Assembly (NCBI GenBank): GCA_965232515.1
Contig: CBDDPY010000002.1
Span: forward strand, 128,001 to 192,000
Direction of reading: 5' to 3'
Source of the DNA: Alphaproteobacteria bacterium
Lineage (GTDB): Bacteria > Pseudomonadota > Alphaproteobacteria > GCA-2731375
Length of the DNA stretch: 64,000 bases
The translations under genes and the position numbers were made by a program. Shown here in pieces: positions 1 through 9,712 of the stretch. Each line of letters starts with the position of its first letter. The first letter of the stretch is position 1. The notes under the pieces are model-generated. The model was not told the origin of the DNA. It did not search any database and saw only the letters and a list, made by a program, of their open reading frames with translations.

Positions 1-647
1 TGCGTGCGCAGCAGCCGGTTGAGGAAGTTGTCGGGTGGCTTGGTCGGACCTTGCAGCTCGGCGAGCCGCTGTTGGATCAGGCCTTCGAGATACCGGTTCA
101 GCTCGCGGCCGCATTCCTCGGCTTCCGCCTTGAGGCCGCCCGAATCCGGGCTGGCGTCGACGATCAGCGAGGCGAGCTTGCGCTGCCAGCGGGCCATGGT
201 GTCCGGATCGGGGCCTGGCACGCCGAAATACTCGGCGACGATGTTGCGCGGCACGTATTCCGCGATGTCCGTCACCAGGTCGAGCTGCCCGGCCGGCCTG
301 GCGGCGTCGATCTGGGCGGCGCTGAAATCGCCGGCGAGATCCCGCACCCGCTGCAGGTCGGCCGGCTGAAAGGCTTCGTGCAGAAGGCGGCGCTCGACGT
401 CGTATTGCGGCGACCGGTCCATGCCGAGCACGAATGGCCCTGCGGCCATGCGTGGCGCCATGATCTTCGCCAGCGCGAAATCGTCATCCCGCTCGAAGGC
501 TTCGACGACGTCTTCGTGGCGGAAGATCACCACGGTGCTGCCGATTTTGAGGATCGGCTTGAACTGCCGTCCGATGCTGAACAGCAGTCGCAGCAACCCC
601 GGTTTTCGCAAAATCCACTGCAGGATAAACGTGCGGACCGACGACAT
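1..647 (-). CDS. Cytochrome P450, N-terminal part (runs off the left edge)
   Basis: Not in the ORF track. Manual translation from ATG at 647 (RBS GGGGGAG upstream) is open to base 1: MSSVRTFILQWILRKPGLLRLLFSIGRQFKPILKIGSTVVIFRHEDVVEAF...GPFVLGMDRSPQYDVERRLLHEAF...QLDLVTDIAEYVPRNIVAEYFGVP...YLEGLIQQRLAE...DNFLNRLL. This follows the P450 A-H helix pattern. The heme Cys motif lies outside the window. Confidence 0.8.
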   Translation of the reverse strand, partial: MSSVRTFILQWILRKPGLLRLLFSIGRQFKPILKIGSTVVIFRHEDVVEAFERDDDFALAKIMAPRMAAGPFVLGMDRSPQYDVERRLLHEAFQPADLQRVRDLAGDFSAAQIDAARPAGQLDLVTDIAEYVPRNIVAEYFGVPGPDPDTMARWQRKLASLIVDASPDSGGLKAEAEECGRELNRYLEGLIQQRLAELQGPTKPPDNFLNRLLRT

Positions 648-711
648 CTGCGTCTCCCCCTTCACCGCCGCTGGTTAGCGCGGCGGCGAACCGCCGTCGA
701 TCTTTGCGGGC

Positions 712-1419
712 TCAGGAGGCGCCATCGATCACGTCTTCCAGGGCGTCGACATCGCTGATCAGGATATGGCCGCGGTCGATTTTGACGATGCCCATCTCGC
801 GCCAGGCGGCCAGCTGCTTGTTGATGCTCTCGCGCGTCATGCCGACGAGATCGCCCAACTCGCGCTGAGAGAACTTGATGCCGATGCGGATGCCGTCCGC
901 CGATTCCTCGCCATGCCGCTCGGCCAACCGCAGCAGCGTGCGCCCGAGCCGGGCCGGCAGGTCCAGGAACAGGGTGTCCTCGACCATCTCGGTGGTGTCG
1001 CGGATCCGGCCGCAGAGCACGGTCAAAAGGTCGATGCAGGTGCGCGGATGGCGCTCGAGGAACGGGATGAACTCGCGCCGCTCCAGCACCAGCAGCTCGC
1101 TGTCCACCATCGCCGTCGCGTCGGCCGTGCGCGCTTTGCCGTCGAGCAGCGCGATCTCGCCGAAAACCTCGCCCGGATTGATGATGTTCAGCACCGCTTC
1201 CTTTCCCGTCGGCGACAGCGATCCGATACGAACCCTGCCGGAAATGACGCTCATCATGCTGTGACCCGGATCGCCCTTGCGAAAAATCACCTCGTTGGCG
1301 CCGAACTTGGCCACGCGAACGTAGGTGACCAGTCGGTCCAGGTCCTCGGCGGAAAGTTCACGCAGCAGGCTCGATTGCGACATTATCTGTCGCTTGTCGA
1401 TGACTTGGCCTCCCGACAT
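712..1419 (-). CDS. Crp/Fnr-family transcriptional regulator (cNMP-binding domain plus HTH)
   Basis: cNMP cassette FGEIALLDGKARTADA; HTH SQRELGDLVGMTRESINKQL. Start could be 1431, 1419 or 1383. Confidence 0.93.
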   Translation of the reverse strand: MSGGQVIDKRQIMSQSSLLRELSAEDLDRLVTYVRVAKFGANEVIFRKGDPGHSMMSVISGRVRIGSLSPTGKEAVLNIINPGEVFGEIALLDGKARTADATAMVDSELLVLERREFIPFLERHPRTCIDLLTVLCGRIRDTTEMVEDTLFLDLPARLGRTLLRLAERHGEESADGIRIGIKFSQRELGDLVGMTRESINKQLAAWREMGIVKIDRGHILISDVDALEDVIDGAS

Positions 1420-1444
1420 AGCGTGCCCCAAGATCTAGCAACCG

Positions 1445-1464
1445 TATGTGAGACGTTTCACATA
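1445..1464. promoter_or_regulatory. CRP-type binding site TGTGA-N6-TCACA
   Basis: tatgtga-gacgtt-tcacata: exact TGTGA-N6-TCACA core at 1447-1462 with palindromic flanks, directly upstream of the Crp/Fnr gene in a divergent intergenic region. Confidence 0.7.
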
Positions 1465-1700
1465 TGGCGGCGGTGCTATCCCAAACGCTTGTTCAAAAGG
1501 AATACCGCAAAGAGGAGAAAGATTCCAAAGGTTACTGAAGGACTTCTAAGAGGACGTGATAACAGTTGCAGTCATGCAAAAAACATCATCTCAAAGCTGT
1601 CGTGCTGTCACGGGCACCTGTCGGCATTCGGAAACCCGCAGCCGGCCGTGCTAACGTCGCCCGCGGTGGCGGCCCGGATCAGCGAGCGAAGCGACGGATA

Positions 1701-4610
1701 ATGACCACAGCCCACAATTTGCGCGGCGACAGCGGGCTTGCAGGCCGATTCCGCCGTGCGGTCAACGGCGACGTGCTGTTCGACGCCTTCAGCCGCGGCC
1801 GCTACAGCACCGATGCCTCGATCTATCAGATCGAGCCGCTGGGCGTGGTTGTGCCGCGCAGCCAACAGGATCTGGTCGCGGCGGTGCAACTGGCGGCGTC
1901 CGAGGGGCTGCCGGTGCTGCCGCGCGGCGGCGGCACCTCGCAATGCGGCCAGACCGTCGGCGAGGCGGTGGTCGTCGATACCTCGAAATACGTCAACGGC
2001 ATCGTCCATTTTTATCCTGCCGAACGGCGCGTCACGGTCGAACCGGGCATCGTGCTGGACGAACTGAACCGGTTCCTGAAGCCGCACGGCCTGTTCTTTC
2101 CCGTCGACGTGTCGACTGGCAACCGCGCCACCATCGGCGGGATGGCCGGCAACAATTCCTGCGGCGCGCGTTCAATCCGCTACGGCAACATGGTGCACAA
2201 CGTGGCCGGCATCGAGGCCGTGCTGGCCAACGGAGAGATCCAGCGATTCGGGCCGGTTCCCGGCAATCTCGGCGGCATGGACACGGCGCCGGCCTACCGC
2301 GATCTGGTCGAACGCCTGCGCGGGATCGCCGCACGCGAGGCAGCCGAAATGGCGGCGCGCTGGCCCAAGCTGCTGCGCCGGGTCGGCGGCTATAACATCG
2401 ATACGCTGTCGCCGTCGGGCCACAATATGGCGCACATGCTGGTCGGTTCCGAGGGCACGCTGGCGGCATTTACCCAGATCGAGCTGGCGCTGCAGCCGTT
2501 GCCGGCGCACAAGACGCTCGGTGTCTGCCATTTCCCGACATTCTACGCGGCGATGGACGCCACCCAACATATCGTCGAGCTGAAACCGGCCGCGGTCGAA
2601 CTGGTCGACCGGACGATGATCGAGCTTGCCCGCGACATCCCCATGTTCCGGGCGACCGTGGACGCGTTCGTGCAGGGCGAGCCCGACGCCATTCTGCTGG
2701 TCGAGTTCGCCGGCGAAGACCGAGATCAGCAACTTCGGGATCTGCGGCGGCTGGTCGATCTGATGGGTACGCTCGGCTTCCCGGATGCGGTGGTCGAAGC
2801 GACCGATCCCGGCTTTCAGAGCGCCATCTGGGAGGTGCGCAAGCAGGGCCTCAACATCATGATGTCGATGAAGGGCGACGGTAAACCTGTCTCGTTCATC
2901 GAGGATTGCGCCGTGGCGCTGGAGGATCTGGCCGAGTACACCGACCGCCTGAACGAGGTCTTCGCGAAGCATGGCACCAGCGGCACCTGGTATGCCCATG
3001 CGTCGGTCGGCTGCCTGCATGTGCGGCCGATCCTGAACATGAAAGACGAGGGCGACGTCCGGAAGATGCGGACTATCGCCGAGGAAGCCTTCGCCATGGT
3101 GCGGGAATACAAGGGTTCGCATTCCGGCGAGCACGGCGACGGCCTGGTGCGCTCGGAATTCCACGAGCCGATGTTCGGCGACCGCATCACCAAGGCCTTC
3201 GAGGACGTGAAGGCGGCGTTCGACCCGGCTGATATCTTCAATCCGGGCAAGATCGTCCGGCCGTCGAAGATGGACGATCGTTCGCTGTTCCGCTTCAAGC
3301 CGGGCTATGCGGCCGATGTCCCGGACACGGCGCTCGACTGGTCCGACTGGTTCGGCTTCGCCGGCGCCGTCGAGATGTGCAACAACAACGGCGCCTGCCG
3401 AAAGTCCAATCCCGGCGTGATGTGTCCCTCCTACCGGGCGACGGGCGAAGAACAGCATCTGACACGGGGACGGGCGAATACGCTGCGGCTGGCCCTGAGT
3501 GGGCAGTTGGGCCCGGATGCGTTCACGTCCGACGAGATGTACGCCGCCATGGACCTCTGCGTCGGCTGCAAGGGCTGCAAGCGGGAATGCCCGACCGGCG
3601 TCGACATGGCCCGGATGAAGACGGAGTTTCTTTATCACTACCGCGAGCGCCATGGCCTAAGCCTGAAGGACCGCCTGATCGCCTATCTGCCGCGCTATGC
3701 GCCGACCGCCGCACGGCTGAGCGGCCTCGCGAACCTGCGCGACCGGCTGCCGGGCTTGCCGGGCTTAAGCGAAAAGATGCTGGGTTTCAGCGCGCGGCGC
3801 AGCCTGCCGGCATGGCGTGGCGATTGGTTCAAGAGCGACAATGCGGCGGCGGGCCCGGACGACGCCGATGTCGTTCTGCTGGTCGACACCTTCAATCGCT
3901 ATTTCGAGCCGGAAAATGTGCGCGCCGCGCTGGCGGTGCTGCGCGCCGGCGGCTATCGCGTGCGGGTCGCCGAGGCCGCCGATAATGGCCGGCCGCTCTG
4001 CTGCGGCCGGACGTTCCTGTCGGCCGGGCTGGTCGACGAGGCGCGGGCCGAGGCCCGGCGCATGCTGGCGGCGCTGCGCCCCCATGTGGCGCGGGGCCGG
4101 CCGGTCATCGGGCTGGAACCGTCCTGCCTGTTCACGCTGCGCGACGAGTTCCTGGCCATGCTTCCGGGCGAGGAGACGGCCAAGCTGGCCGAGAACGCCA
4201 TGCTGTTCGAGGAATTCCTGGTTCGCGAGCACGAACAGGACCGGCTCGATTTGCCGCTGAAGCCGGTTTCCGAGTCGCGGGCGCTGCTGCACGGCCACTG
4301 CCACCAGAAGGCGTTCGGCGCCATGTCGGCGGTTGAACAGGTGCTGGCCCTGGTGCCGGGTTTGGCGGTGGAGACGATCCCGTCCGGCTGTTGCGGCATG
4401 GCGGGCGCCTTCGGTTACGAGGCCGAGCACTACGACGTTTCGATGAAGATCGGCGAGCTCGATCTGCTGCCGGCCGTGCGCGCGGCCGATGAGAAAACAC
4501 TGATCGTCGCCGACGGCACCAGTTGCCGGCATCAGATCAAGGATGGCGCCCAGCGGTCGGCCATCCATGTCGCCCGTGTCCTGGAACGGGCGTTGGCCAA
4601 TGCGGGCTAG
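1701..4610 (+). CDS. FAD-binding and Fe-S-binding oxidoreductase (GlcD/GlcF-type fusion, 2-hydroxyacid dehydrogenase-like)
   Basis: PRGGGTSQCGQ FAD loop, GSEGTL, SGEHGDG, CNNNGAC..MCP and CVGCKGCKRECP ferredoxin motifs, CCG domains (CCGR, HGHCHQ, CCGMAG). Start set at ATG 1701. Confidence 0.9.
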   Translation: MTTAHNLRGDSGLAGRFRRAVNGDVLFDAFSRGRYSTDASIYQIEPLGVVVPRSQQDLVAAVQLAASEGLPVLPRGGGTSQCGQTVGEAVVVDTSKYVNGIVHFYPAERRVTVEPGIVLDELNRFLKPHGLFFPVDVSTGNRATIGGMAGNNSCGARSIRYGNMVHNVAGIEAVLANGEIQRFGPVPGNLGGMDTAPAYRDLVERLRGIAAREAAEMAARWPKLLRRVGGYNIDTLSPSGHNMAHMLVGSEGTLAAFTQIELALQPLPAHKTLGVCHFPTFYAAMDATQHIVELKPAAVELVDRTMIELARDIPMFRATVDAFVQGEPDAILLVEFAGEDRDQQLRDLRRLVDLMGTLGFPDAVVEATDPGFQSAIWEVRKQGLNIMMSMKGDGKPVSFIEDCAVALEDLAEYTDRLNEVFAKHGTSGTWYAHASVGCLHVRPILNMKDEGDVRKMRTIAEEAFAMVREYKGSHSGEHGDGLVRSEFHEPMFGDRITKAFEDVKAAFDPADIFNPGKIVRPSKMDDRSLFRFKPGYAADVPDTALDWSDWFGFAGAVEMCNNNGACRKSNPGVMCPSYRATGEEQHLTRGRANTLRLALSGQLGPDAFTSDEMYAAMDLCVGCKGCKRECPTGVDMARMKTEFLYHYRERHGLSLKDRLIAYLPRYAPTAARLSGLANLRDRLPGLPGLSEKMLGFSARRSLPAWRGDWFKSDNAAAGPDDADVVLLVDTFNRYFEPENVRAALAVLRAGGYRVRVAEAADNGRPLCCGRTFLSAGLVDEARAEARRMLAALRPHVARGRPVIGLEPSCLFTLRDEFLAMLPGEETAKLAENAMLFEEFLVREHEQDRLDLPLKPVSESRALLHGHCHQKAFGAMSAVEQVLALVPGLAVETIPSGCCGMAGAFGYEAEHYDVSMKIGELDLLPAVRAADEKTLIVADGTSCRHQIKDGAQRSAIHVARVLERALANAG

Positions 4611-4622
4611 GGAGAATTTTCG

Positions 4623-5795
4623 ATGACGACACGAGCCGGCCGCCATTTCCTGCAGATCCCTGGTCCGACCAACGTGCCCGACCGGGTGCTGCGGGCGATC
4701 GACCGCGCCACCATCGACCATCGCGGGCCGGACTTCGTCGAGCTGGCGAACGAAGTGCTGGCCGGCCTGAAGCCGGTGTTCGGCACCGAACAGCCGGTGA
4801 TCATCTACCCATCCTCGGGCACCGGCGCCTGGGAGGCGGCGCTGGTCAACACGCTGTCGCCGGGTGACCGAGTGCTGATGTACGAGACTGGCCATTTCGC
4901 GACGTTGTGGCGCGAACTCGCCGGCCGGCTGGGCTTGGAGGTCGATCTGATCGGCGGGAACTGGGCCGGCGGCGCCGACCCGGCCGCGATCGAGGCCCGG
5001 CTGACCGATGACACGGACCATGCCATCAAGGCCGTGTGCGTGGTGCACAACGAGACCTCGACCGGCGTCACCAGCCGGATCGCGGACATTCGCGCGGCCA
5101 TCGATCGCGCCGGTCACCCGGCGCTCTATATGGTCGACACGATCTCGTCGCTGGCCTCGATCGACTACCGGCATGACGAATGGGGCGTCGACGTTACCGT
5201 CGGCGGCTCGCAGAAGGGGCTGATGCTGCCGCCGGGCCTCGGCTTCAACGCTGTTAGCGAGAAGGCGCGTGCGGCCGCCGCCTCAGCCCGGCTGCCGCGA
5301 TCCTACTGGGACTGGGAGGCGATGCTGGCCAACAACAAGGCCGGCTCGTTTCCCTATACGCCGGCGACAAATCTGCTCTACGGCCTGCGCGAAGCGCTGA
5401 TCATGCTACAGGACGAGGGCATGGCGAACGTGTTCGCCCGGCATGACCGGCATGCCGAGGCGACCCGGCGCGCGGTGCGGGCCTGGGGCCTGGATGTCCT
5501 CTGCGCCGATCCGGCCGAATACAGCAGTTCGCTGACCGCCGTCTGCATGCCCGACGGCCACGATGCCGATGCGCTGAGACAGGTCATTCTAGACCGGTTC
5601 GACATGTCGCTCGGCGCCGGGCTGGGCAAGCTGAAGGGCCGGATCTTCCGGATCGGCCATCTCGGCGATTTCAACGATCTGATGCTGGCCGGCACGCTCT
5701 GCGGCGTGGAAATGGGTCTCGCGCTGGCAAATGTGCCCAGCCAGCGCGGCGGCGTCGATGCCGCAATGTCGTATTTATGCGAAGAAAAACATTAG
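4623..5795 (+). CDS. Class V aminotransferase, serine/aspartate-glyoxylate type (SgaA/BhcA-like)
   Basis: GRHFLQIPGPTNVPDRV, HNETSTG, DTISSL, PLP lysine in GSQKGLMLPPG, FPYTP, FRIGHLG. Confidence 0.9.
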   Translation: MTTRAGRHFLQIPGPTNVPDRVLRAIDRATIDHRGPDFVELANEVLAGLKPVFGTEQPVIIYPSSGTGAWEAALVNTLSPGDRVLMYETGHFATLWRELAGRLGLEVDLIGGNWAGGADPAAIEARLTDDTDHAIKAVCVVHNETSTGVTSRIADIRAAIDRAGHPALYMVDTISSLASIDYRHDEWGVDVTVGGSQKGLMLPPGLGFNAVSEKARAAAASARLPRSYWDWEAMLANNKAGSFPYTPATNLLYGLREALIMLQDEGMANVFARHDRHAEATRRAVRAWGLDVLCADPAEYSSSLTAVCMPDGHDADALRQVILDRFDMSLGAGLGKLKGRIFRIGHLGDFNDLMLAGTLCGVEMGLALANVPSQRGGVDAAMSYLCEEKH

Positions 5796-5942
5796 AAATT
5801 TCCAATAACACGCGGGCGGATAACAAATTTGCTGTTCCGGCCCGTGGCACAATTGACTAAGTCGCCCATCGCTCTTACCGTCCTTCCCTATCGGTCGCAT
5901 CGATAAAGAGAAATAAGCGGTCGGTTAACAGGGAGGTGTTCG

Positions 5943-6941
5943 TTGGCGAAGCTGCTCGAGATCGACAGTCTTCGAACGCAGTTCTTTACCTCAGCGGGCA
6001 CGGTTCAGGCCGTCGACGGCATCAGCTATGACGTCGAGGAAGGCGAGACCGTGGCGATCGTGGGCGAATCCGGCTGCGGCAAGTCCGTCAGCGCGCTGTC
6101 ATTGCTGCGCCTGATCCCCGACCCGCCGGGCCGTATCGTCGGCGGCAACATCAAATTCATGGGCCGCGATCTGCTGGCGCTCAGCGACGAGGAAATGCGT
6201 CAGGTCCGCGGCAAGGACATCGGCATGGTGTTCCAGGAGCCGATGACCTCGCTGAACCCGGTGCTGACGATCGAGCGGCAGCTCACCGAGACGTTGGAGA
6301 CGCATCTGGGCGTCTCGCGCGATAAGGCCAATGCCCGCGCGCTGGAACTGCTGCAGCTCGTCGGCATTTCCGACCCGAAGCGGCGCCTGTCGCAATATCC
6401 GCATCACCTGAGCGGCGGCATGCGGCAGCGGGTGATGATCGCCATGGCGCTGGCCTGCGAGCCGAAGCTGATCATCGCCGACGAACCGACGACGGCGCTC
6501 GACGTCACCATTCAGGCCCAGATCCTGCAGCTGATGAAGGATCTGACACGGCGGCTGGGCGTCGCGCTGATCATCATCACGCACAATCTGGGCGTGGTCG
6601 CGCGTTACGCGGACCGCGTCAATGTGATGTATGCCGGCAAGATCATCGAGCGTGGCGATGCGCAGGAGATCTACCACAATCCCCGACATCCCTACACGCT
6701 GGGGCTGCTGCGTTCGGTGCCACGACTGGATCAGGCCCGATCGGAGCGGCTCGAGCCGATCGACGGCCAGCCGCCGGATCTGACCAAGCTCGGCCTCGGC
6801 TGCGCGTTTCGGCCCCGCTGCCGCTATGCCATCGAGCGCTGTGCCGGCGAGATTCCACCGCTGGAGGCCGTGGCCGACGAACATCTCGCCGCCTGCTGGG
6901 TCAAGGACGAGCTCGGCGCGGCGTTGAGGAAGGTCTCGTGA
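5943..6941 (+). CDS. Dipeptide/oligopeptide ABC transporter ATP-binding protein (DppD/OppD-like)
   Basis: [28 protein letters not shown] and C-terminal [16 protein letters not shown] before TTG. Confidence 0.93.
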   Translation: MAKLLEIDSLRTQFFTSAGTVQAVDGISYDVEEGETVAIVGESGCGKSVSALSLLRLIPDPPGRIVGGNIKFMGRDLLALSDEEMRQVRGKDIGMVFQEPMTSLNPVLTIERQLTETLETHLGVSRDKANARALELLQLVGISDPKRRLSQYPHHLSGGMRQRVMIAMALACEPKLIIADEPTTALDVTIQAQILQLMKDLTRRLGVALIIITHNLGVVARYADRVNVMYAGKIIERGDAQEIYHNPRHPYTLGLLRSVPRLDQARSERLEPIDGQPPDLTKLGLGCAFRPRCRYAIERCAGEIPPLEAVADEHLAACWVKDELGAALRKVS

Positions 6942-7963
6942 GCGTCGCCAGCGTCGCCGATCCGACGGATCCGCAAGCCATGGCCGATACCGGGCCGCTG
7001 CTTGAGGTCCGGAACCTGAAAATGCACTTCCCCGTCACCCAGGGCATGCTGATTCAGCGCACGGTCGCCCATGTGAAGGCGGTCGATGGTGTCAGCTTCG
7101 ACATCCGGCGTGGCGAAACCTTGGGACTGGTCGGCGAGTCGGGTTGCGGCAAGACCACGACCGGCCGCTGCATCCTGCAGCTCGAGCGGCCGACTGACGG
7201 CGAGATCATCTTCGACGGCGTCAATCTGACCGAACTGGACAACAAGGCGCTGATCCCGCTGCGCGAGAAGATACAGGTGATCTTCCAGGATCCCTACAGC
7301 TCGCTGAACCCGCGCATGAAGGTGGGCGAGATCATCGCCGAGCCGATGATGGTGCACAAAATCGAGACCGACGCGAAACGCCGACGCGAGCGCGTGGCCG
7401 AGTTGCTGACGGTCTGCGGCCTGAACCCGGCGATGGCGGACCGATATCCGCACGAGATGAGCGGCGGCCAGCGGCAGCGGGTCGGCATCGCGCGGGCGCT
7501 GTCGCTGAATCCAGAGTTCATCATCTGCGATGAAGCGGTCTCGGCGCTCGACGTGTCGATCCAGGCCCAGGTCATCAACCTGCTGGAAGACCTGCGCGAG
7601 CAGTTCAACCTGACCTATCTGTTCATCGCCCACGACCTCAGCGTCGTGCGTCACCTCTGCCATCGGGTGGCGGTGATGTATCTCGGCAAGATGGTCGAGC
7701 TGGCCGACTGCGACGAGCTGTTCGACAACCCGCTGCACCCCTACACCCGGGCCCTGCTGTCGGCGGTGCCGGTGCCGGACCCCGAGGTCGAGCGGCAACG
7801 CGCGCATCAGATCGTCGAGGGCGAGGTGCCGAGCCCGATCAATCCGCCGAGCGGCTGCGTCTTCCATCCGCGCTGTTCGATGGCGGTCGCGGGCTGCAGC
7901 GCCGCCGTGCCCGAGTTCCGGGAGGTCAAGCCCGGACACTGGGTCGCCTGCACGGAGGTTTGA
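6938..7963 (+). CDS. Dipeptide/oligopeptide ABC transporter ATP-binding protein (DppF/OppF-like)
   Basis: [38 protein letters not shown]; GTGA overlap with the preceding gene. Confidence 0.93.
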   Translation: MSVASVADPTDPQAMADTGPLLEVRNLKMHFPVTQGMLIQRTVAHVKAVDGVSFDIRRGETLGLVGESGCGKTTTGRCILQLERPTDGEIIFDGVNLTELDNKALIPLREKIQVIFQDPYSSLNPRMKVGEIIAEPMMVHKIETDAKRRRERVAELLTVCGLNPAMADRYPHEMSGGQRQRVGIARALSLNPEFIICDEAVSALDVSIQAQVINLLEDLREQFNLTYLFIAHDLSVVRHLCHRVAVMYLGKMVELADCDELFDNPLHPYTRALLSAVPVPDPEVERQRAHQIVEGEVPSPINPPSGCVFHPRCSMAVAGCSAAVPEFREVKPGHWVACTEV

Positions 7964-8034
7964 CTAGTCCGGTAATCCGAGAGGCTTTAACGTCAACTGA
8001 AAAGTCGATGAGAACCAAGGGAGGAGTGTTTCAG

Positions 8035-9645
8035 ATGAAACGGAGTTTCCTGAAAACCGCGACGGCGCTGGTGCTGGGCACATCGCTCGGCCTGACGTCC
8101 GCGATCGCGACGGCGGACACGCCGAAAAAGGGCGGCGTATTGAATTTCGTCGTCGGCAGCAAGATCCCGTCTTATGACGGCCATATCGAAACCACGTTCG
8201 GCATGATCCATCCGATCCGGCCGTTCTACAGCGTGCTGATCCGGGTCAACCCCGACAACCCGTCCTCGCCGACGGATTTCGTCTGCGATCTCTGTGTGGG
8301 CGACGTGCCGAACCCGACCGACGACGGCAAGACCTACACATTCAAGATCCGCGAGGGCGTCAAGTTCCACAACGGCGCGCCGCTGACCGCGCAGGACATC
8401 AAGGCGACCTACGACAAGATCATTTTCCCGCCGGACGGCGTCGCCAGCGCCCGCAAGGCCTTCTTCTCGATGGTTGACACGGTGACGGCGCCGGATGACA
8501 CCACGATCGTGTTCCAGCTGAAGTACCCGTCGGGATCGTTCATTCCGGCGCTCGCAACGCCATTCAACTTTATCTACAGCAAGGCGGACCTCGATCAGCA
8601 CGGCCCCACCTGGCACCAGAAAAACATCAACGGCTCCGGCGCCTTCAAGTTCGTCGAGCACCAGCCCGGCGCTTTCGTCGAAGGCGCCCGCAACGAAGAC
8701 TACTATGTCGACGGCAAGCCTTATCTCGACGGCTTCAAGGCGATCTCGGCGCCGAAGATGGCGGTGCGGCTTCAGGCCATTCGCGGCGACCGGGCGGCGA
8801 TCGAGTTCCGCGGTTTCCCGCCGAAGGCGCGCGACGACCTGGTCAAGGCGTTGGGCGACCAGATCACGGTACAGGAAAGCGATTGGAACTGCGTGCTGCT
8901 GTTCACGCCGAACCAGAAGCGCAAGCCCTTCGACGACGTCCGCGTGCGCAAGGCGCTGACGCTGGCCGTGGACCGCTGGGGCGGCTCGAAGTATCTCTCG
9001 CGGATCGCCATCGTGAAGACGGTCGGCGGCGTTGCCTTCCCGAACCATCCCCTGGCCGCCAACCAGGGCGAGCTGGAGCAGCTGGCCGGTTACGGGACTG
9101 ATCTCGAGAAGTCGCGCGAAGAAGCCCGGCGTCTGCTGAAGGAAGCCGGCGCCGAGGGGCTGGAGTTCGAACTGCACAACCGCGGCGTCGACCAGCCGTA
9201 CAAGGTCGTCGGCACCTGGCTGATCGATCAGTGGAAGCAGGTCGGGCTGAATGTGCGGCAGCGCGTGCAGCCGACGGGCCCGTTCTATGACACGCTTCGC
9301 AAGAAGAAAGACTTCGACGTCTCTCTCGACTTCAACTGCCAGTCGGTCGTGAACCCGCTGGTCGACGTGTCGAAGTTCCTCGGCAGCGCCGGCAACAACT
9401 ACGGCGAATACGAGGACCCCGTCCTGGAGGAGCTGTTCGACAAGATGAACCGGTCAGGCGACGAGGCCGAGCAGCGCGAGCTGATGCGGGCTTACGAGAA
9501 GCGCGCGCTGGACGAGATGGCTCATATTGGCGTGACGCTGTGGTGGTACAAGATCAATCCGCACCGGTCCTACGTGAAGGGTTGGTCGATCGCACCCAGC
9601 CACTATCTCAACCAGGCGCTCGACAACGTCTGGCTGGACAAGTAA
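8035..9645 (+). CDS. ABC transporter substrate-binding protein, family 5
   Basis: Signal peptide MKRSFLKTATALVLG, YTFKIREGVKFHNG, NGSGAFKF, PFDDVRVRKAL; RBS GGAGGAG before ATG 8035. Confidence 0.93.
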   Translation: MKRSFLKTATALVLGTSLGLTSAIATADTPKKGGVLNFVVGSKIPSYDGHIETTFGMIHPIRPFYSVLIRVNPDNPSSPTDFVCDLCVGDVPNPTDDGKTYTFKIREGVKFHNGAPLTAQDIKATYDKIIFPPDGVASARKAFFSMVDTVTAPDDTTIVFQLKYPSGSFIPALATPFNFIYSKADLDQHGPTWHQKNINGSGAFKFVEHQPGAFVEGARNEDYYVDGKPYLDGFKAISAPKMAVRLQAIRGDRAAIEFRGFPPKARDDLVKALGDQITVQESDWNCVLLFTPNQKRKPFDDVRVRKALTLAVDRWGGSKYLSRIAIVKTVGGVAFPNHPLAANQGELEQLAGYGTDLEKSREEARRLLKEAGAEGLEFELHNRGVDQPYKVVGTWLIDQWKQVGLNVRQRVQPTGPFYDTLRKKKDFDVSLDFNCQSVVNPLVDVSKFLGSAGNNYGEYEDPVLEELFDKMNRSGDEAEQRELMRAYEKRALDEMAHIGVTLWWYKINPHRSYVKGWSIAPSHYLNQALDNVWLDK

Positions 9646-9667
9646 GCCGGCCGAGACCGGACGATAG

Positions 9668-9696
9668 CGGCCACCCGTCCAATGGGCGGGTGGCCG
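9668..9696 (+). terminator. GC-rich stem-loop after the binding-protein gene (mRNA-stabilising or partial terminator)
   Basis: cggccacccgtcc-aat-gggcgggtggccg inverted repeat between binding-protein and permease genes; no U-tract. Confidence 0.5.
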
Positions 9697-9712
9697 GCTG
9701 CCGGGACCTGAG

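Noticed and set aside
4-758. Plus-strand ORFs 4-369 and 51-758
   Set aside because: Shadows of the minus-strand P450 frame; no recognisable motifs.
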